A stretch of 25,171 bases of DNA from NCBI GenBank assembly GCA_021799155.1, contig JAJZBA010000001.1:1-25171 (forward strand), read 5' to 3'. Shown piece after piece: positions 24,270 through 25,171 of the stretch (position 1 is its first letter; every line of letters starts with the position of its first letter). The position numbers and the translations under genes were made by a program. A model generated the notes under the pieces. It did not search any database. It saw only the letters and a list, made by a program, of their open reading frames with translations, and was not told the DNA's origin. This DNA comes from a bacterium (lineage in GTDB: Bacteria; Patescibacteriota; Minisyncoccia; UBA6257; UBA9933).

Positions 24270-24362
24270 TTCTAACGGAAACTATCGGCGAAGAATATCT
24301 TTTAGATTAAAATGTAAAAGCGTAAATGTAAAAAATGTAAATATAAATAACATTGAAAAATC

Positions 24363-24390
24363 TTACTGTTATGCTATAGCATAACAGTAA
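24363..24390. promoter_or_regulatory. Perfect 28-bp palindrome, core TGTTATGCTATAGCATAACA (copy 2)
   Basis: TTACTGTTATGCTATAGCATAACAGTAA. Confidence 0.8.
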
Positions 24391-24465
24391 TAATAAATAA
24401 TTATTAATAAATGATTATATAAATGATTATTTTGGTATTCAATTATCTATTTAAACCTTACCGAA

Positions 24466-24485
24466 TGTTATGCTATGTCATAACA
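24466..24485. promoter_or_regulatory. TGTTATG-CTATGT-CATAACA (copy 3), 1 nt from the stop codon of the TrpR-like gene
   Basis: Same 7-bp arms, asymmetric 6-bp spacer. Confidence 0.75.
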
Positions 24486-24486
24486 C

Positions 24487-24894
24487 TTAATAAGGAATAT
24501 AAATCGTTCCGTATTTTGTGCGCCTTGGCCAGCCTCGCCGTTTCGGCCTTTCCGAAGTCTTAAAAACGCTATATTCTTTCTTCTTTCGCTCTTTTTTGCT
24601 TCTTTCTAAATAACTCCTGTAGTTGTTTTCTGTTATTGCTTTTTTAACTACGCTGATTGTCTGAAGAGAAACAAAAAGTTTTCTACTTATCAATCTCGGT
24701 CCTTTGCCTAATAAAAGCTCTTTTAAAATAGCGGCGCGCATTACCAAATTATGACGTTCATTGGAAGTCGTTAATAATTCTAAGAACTCGTAGGATTTTG
24801 ATATTTTCCGCCAACAGGCAAGTTCCCATTCTTTGCGAGAAGAAAATTTGTCAAGCAATGGTAAACTCATTAATTGTTTTTTATTTATATCCAT
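24487..24894 (-). CDS. TrpR/YerC-like helix-turn-helix protein
   Basis: LLTTSNERHNLVMRAAILKELLLGKGPRLISRKLFVSLQTISVVK aligns by eye with the TrpR LLTPDERxxLxxRxxIxxxL...ISxATI pattern; very basic C-terminal tail. Confidence 0.65.
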   Translation of the reverse strand: MDINKKQLMSLPLLDKFSSRKEWELACWRKISKSYEFLELLTTSNERHNLVMRAAILKELLLGKGPRLISRKLFVSLQTISVVKKAITENNYRSYLERSKKERKKKEYSVFKTSERPKRRGWPRRTKYGTIYIPY

Positions 24895-24914
24895 ACATTA
24901 TCTTAATTATTATT

Positions 24915-24954
24915 TTATATTAGCTATTTGCTCGTTATATTAGTTATTTGCTCG
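24915..24954. repeat. 20-bp tandem duplication upstream of the TrpR-like gene
   Basis: TTATATTAGCTATTTGCTCG followed by TTATATTAGTTATTTGCTCG. Confidence 0.85.
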
Positions 24955-25012
24955 ACCTTTATTTTGTTTTTACTAACATTTTTGATTAAACTAATTATAC
25001 CATCACAGTAAA

Positions 25013-25032
25013 TGTTATGCTAAGTCATAACA
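25013..25032. promoter_or_regulatory. TGTTATG-CTAAGT-CATAACA (copy 4)
   Basis: Same arms, asymmetric spacer oriented like copy 3. Confidence 0.75.
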
Positions 25033-25139
25033 GTGTAATAAACATAATTCTTTTTTTGTTTTTAAACATTTCTCATTTTTCCTTATTCTTTCTTATTCTT
25101 ATTCTTTTCCTTTTTCTTTTTCTTTTTCTTTCTTATTTT

Positions 25140-25169
25140 TAAAGTGTTATGCTATAGCATAACACTTTA
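25140..25169. promoter_or_regulatory. Perfect 30-bp palindrome, core TGTTATGCTATAGCATAACA (copy 5)
   Basis: TAAAGTGTTATGCTATAGCATAACACTTTA. Confidence 0.8.
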
Positions 25170-25171
25170 TT

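Noticed and set aside
24466-24485. Motif as a Xer dif site
   Set aside because: dif has CATAA-N6-TTATG; this motif has the opposite arrangement (TTATG-N6-CATAA) and occurs five times.
24363-25169. Palindrome copies as a CRISPR array or integron attC sites
   Set aside because: Spacing is irregular (99, 547, 132 bp) with a gene between copies and no cas genes. GTTATGC and GCATAAC resemble attC core sites but occur in the reverse order, the sequence between copies forms no attC hairpin, and no integrase is present.

Overview
AT-rich bacterial chromosome segment that looks like Patescibacteria (CPR), most likely Parcubacteria. This rests on the insertion-bearing, unlinked 16S rRNA gene, a CPR-style type IV pilin cluster, pervasive 7-nt repeat hairpins, a four-helix-bundle gene and retention of rplI; it is an inference, no database search was run. 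Housekeeping content: fmt (partial), def, a PerR/Fur-ferritin-like-AhpC oxidative stress operon, thpR, S41 protease, rplI, rpmA, a DEDD exonuclease-like gene, a PD-(D/E)XK nuclease, murC, M23 peptidase, gltX, a pilin/pilB/pilC cluster, a receiver-only response regulator, 16S rRNA, rpmE, a Gre-like factor and a TrpR-like HTH gene. Main observations: (1) the 16S 3' tail lacks the anti-Shine-Dalgarno CCUCC and no housekeeping start I checked has an SD, yet five orphan ORFs in self-contained islets carry near-perfect SD motifs. (2) A family of heptamer-repeat hairpins is inserted in 16S helix 9, flanks the four-helix-bundle gene, forms a 113-bp near-perfect inverted repeat around rplI-rpmA, and is translated into signal peptides and in-frame protein insertions. 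(3) A 125-nt hairpin occurs twice, in 16S helix 6 and in the 16S 3' trailer. (4) A 20-bp palindrome TGTTATG-N6-CATAACA occurs five times, four of them nested around the TrpR-like gene. Several start codons were moved relative to the ORF track, and three real ORFs the track missed were added.
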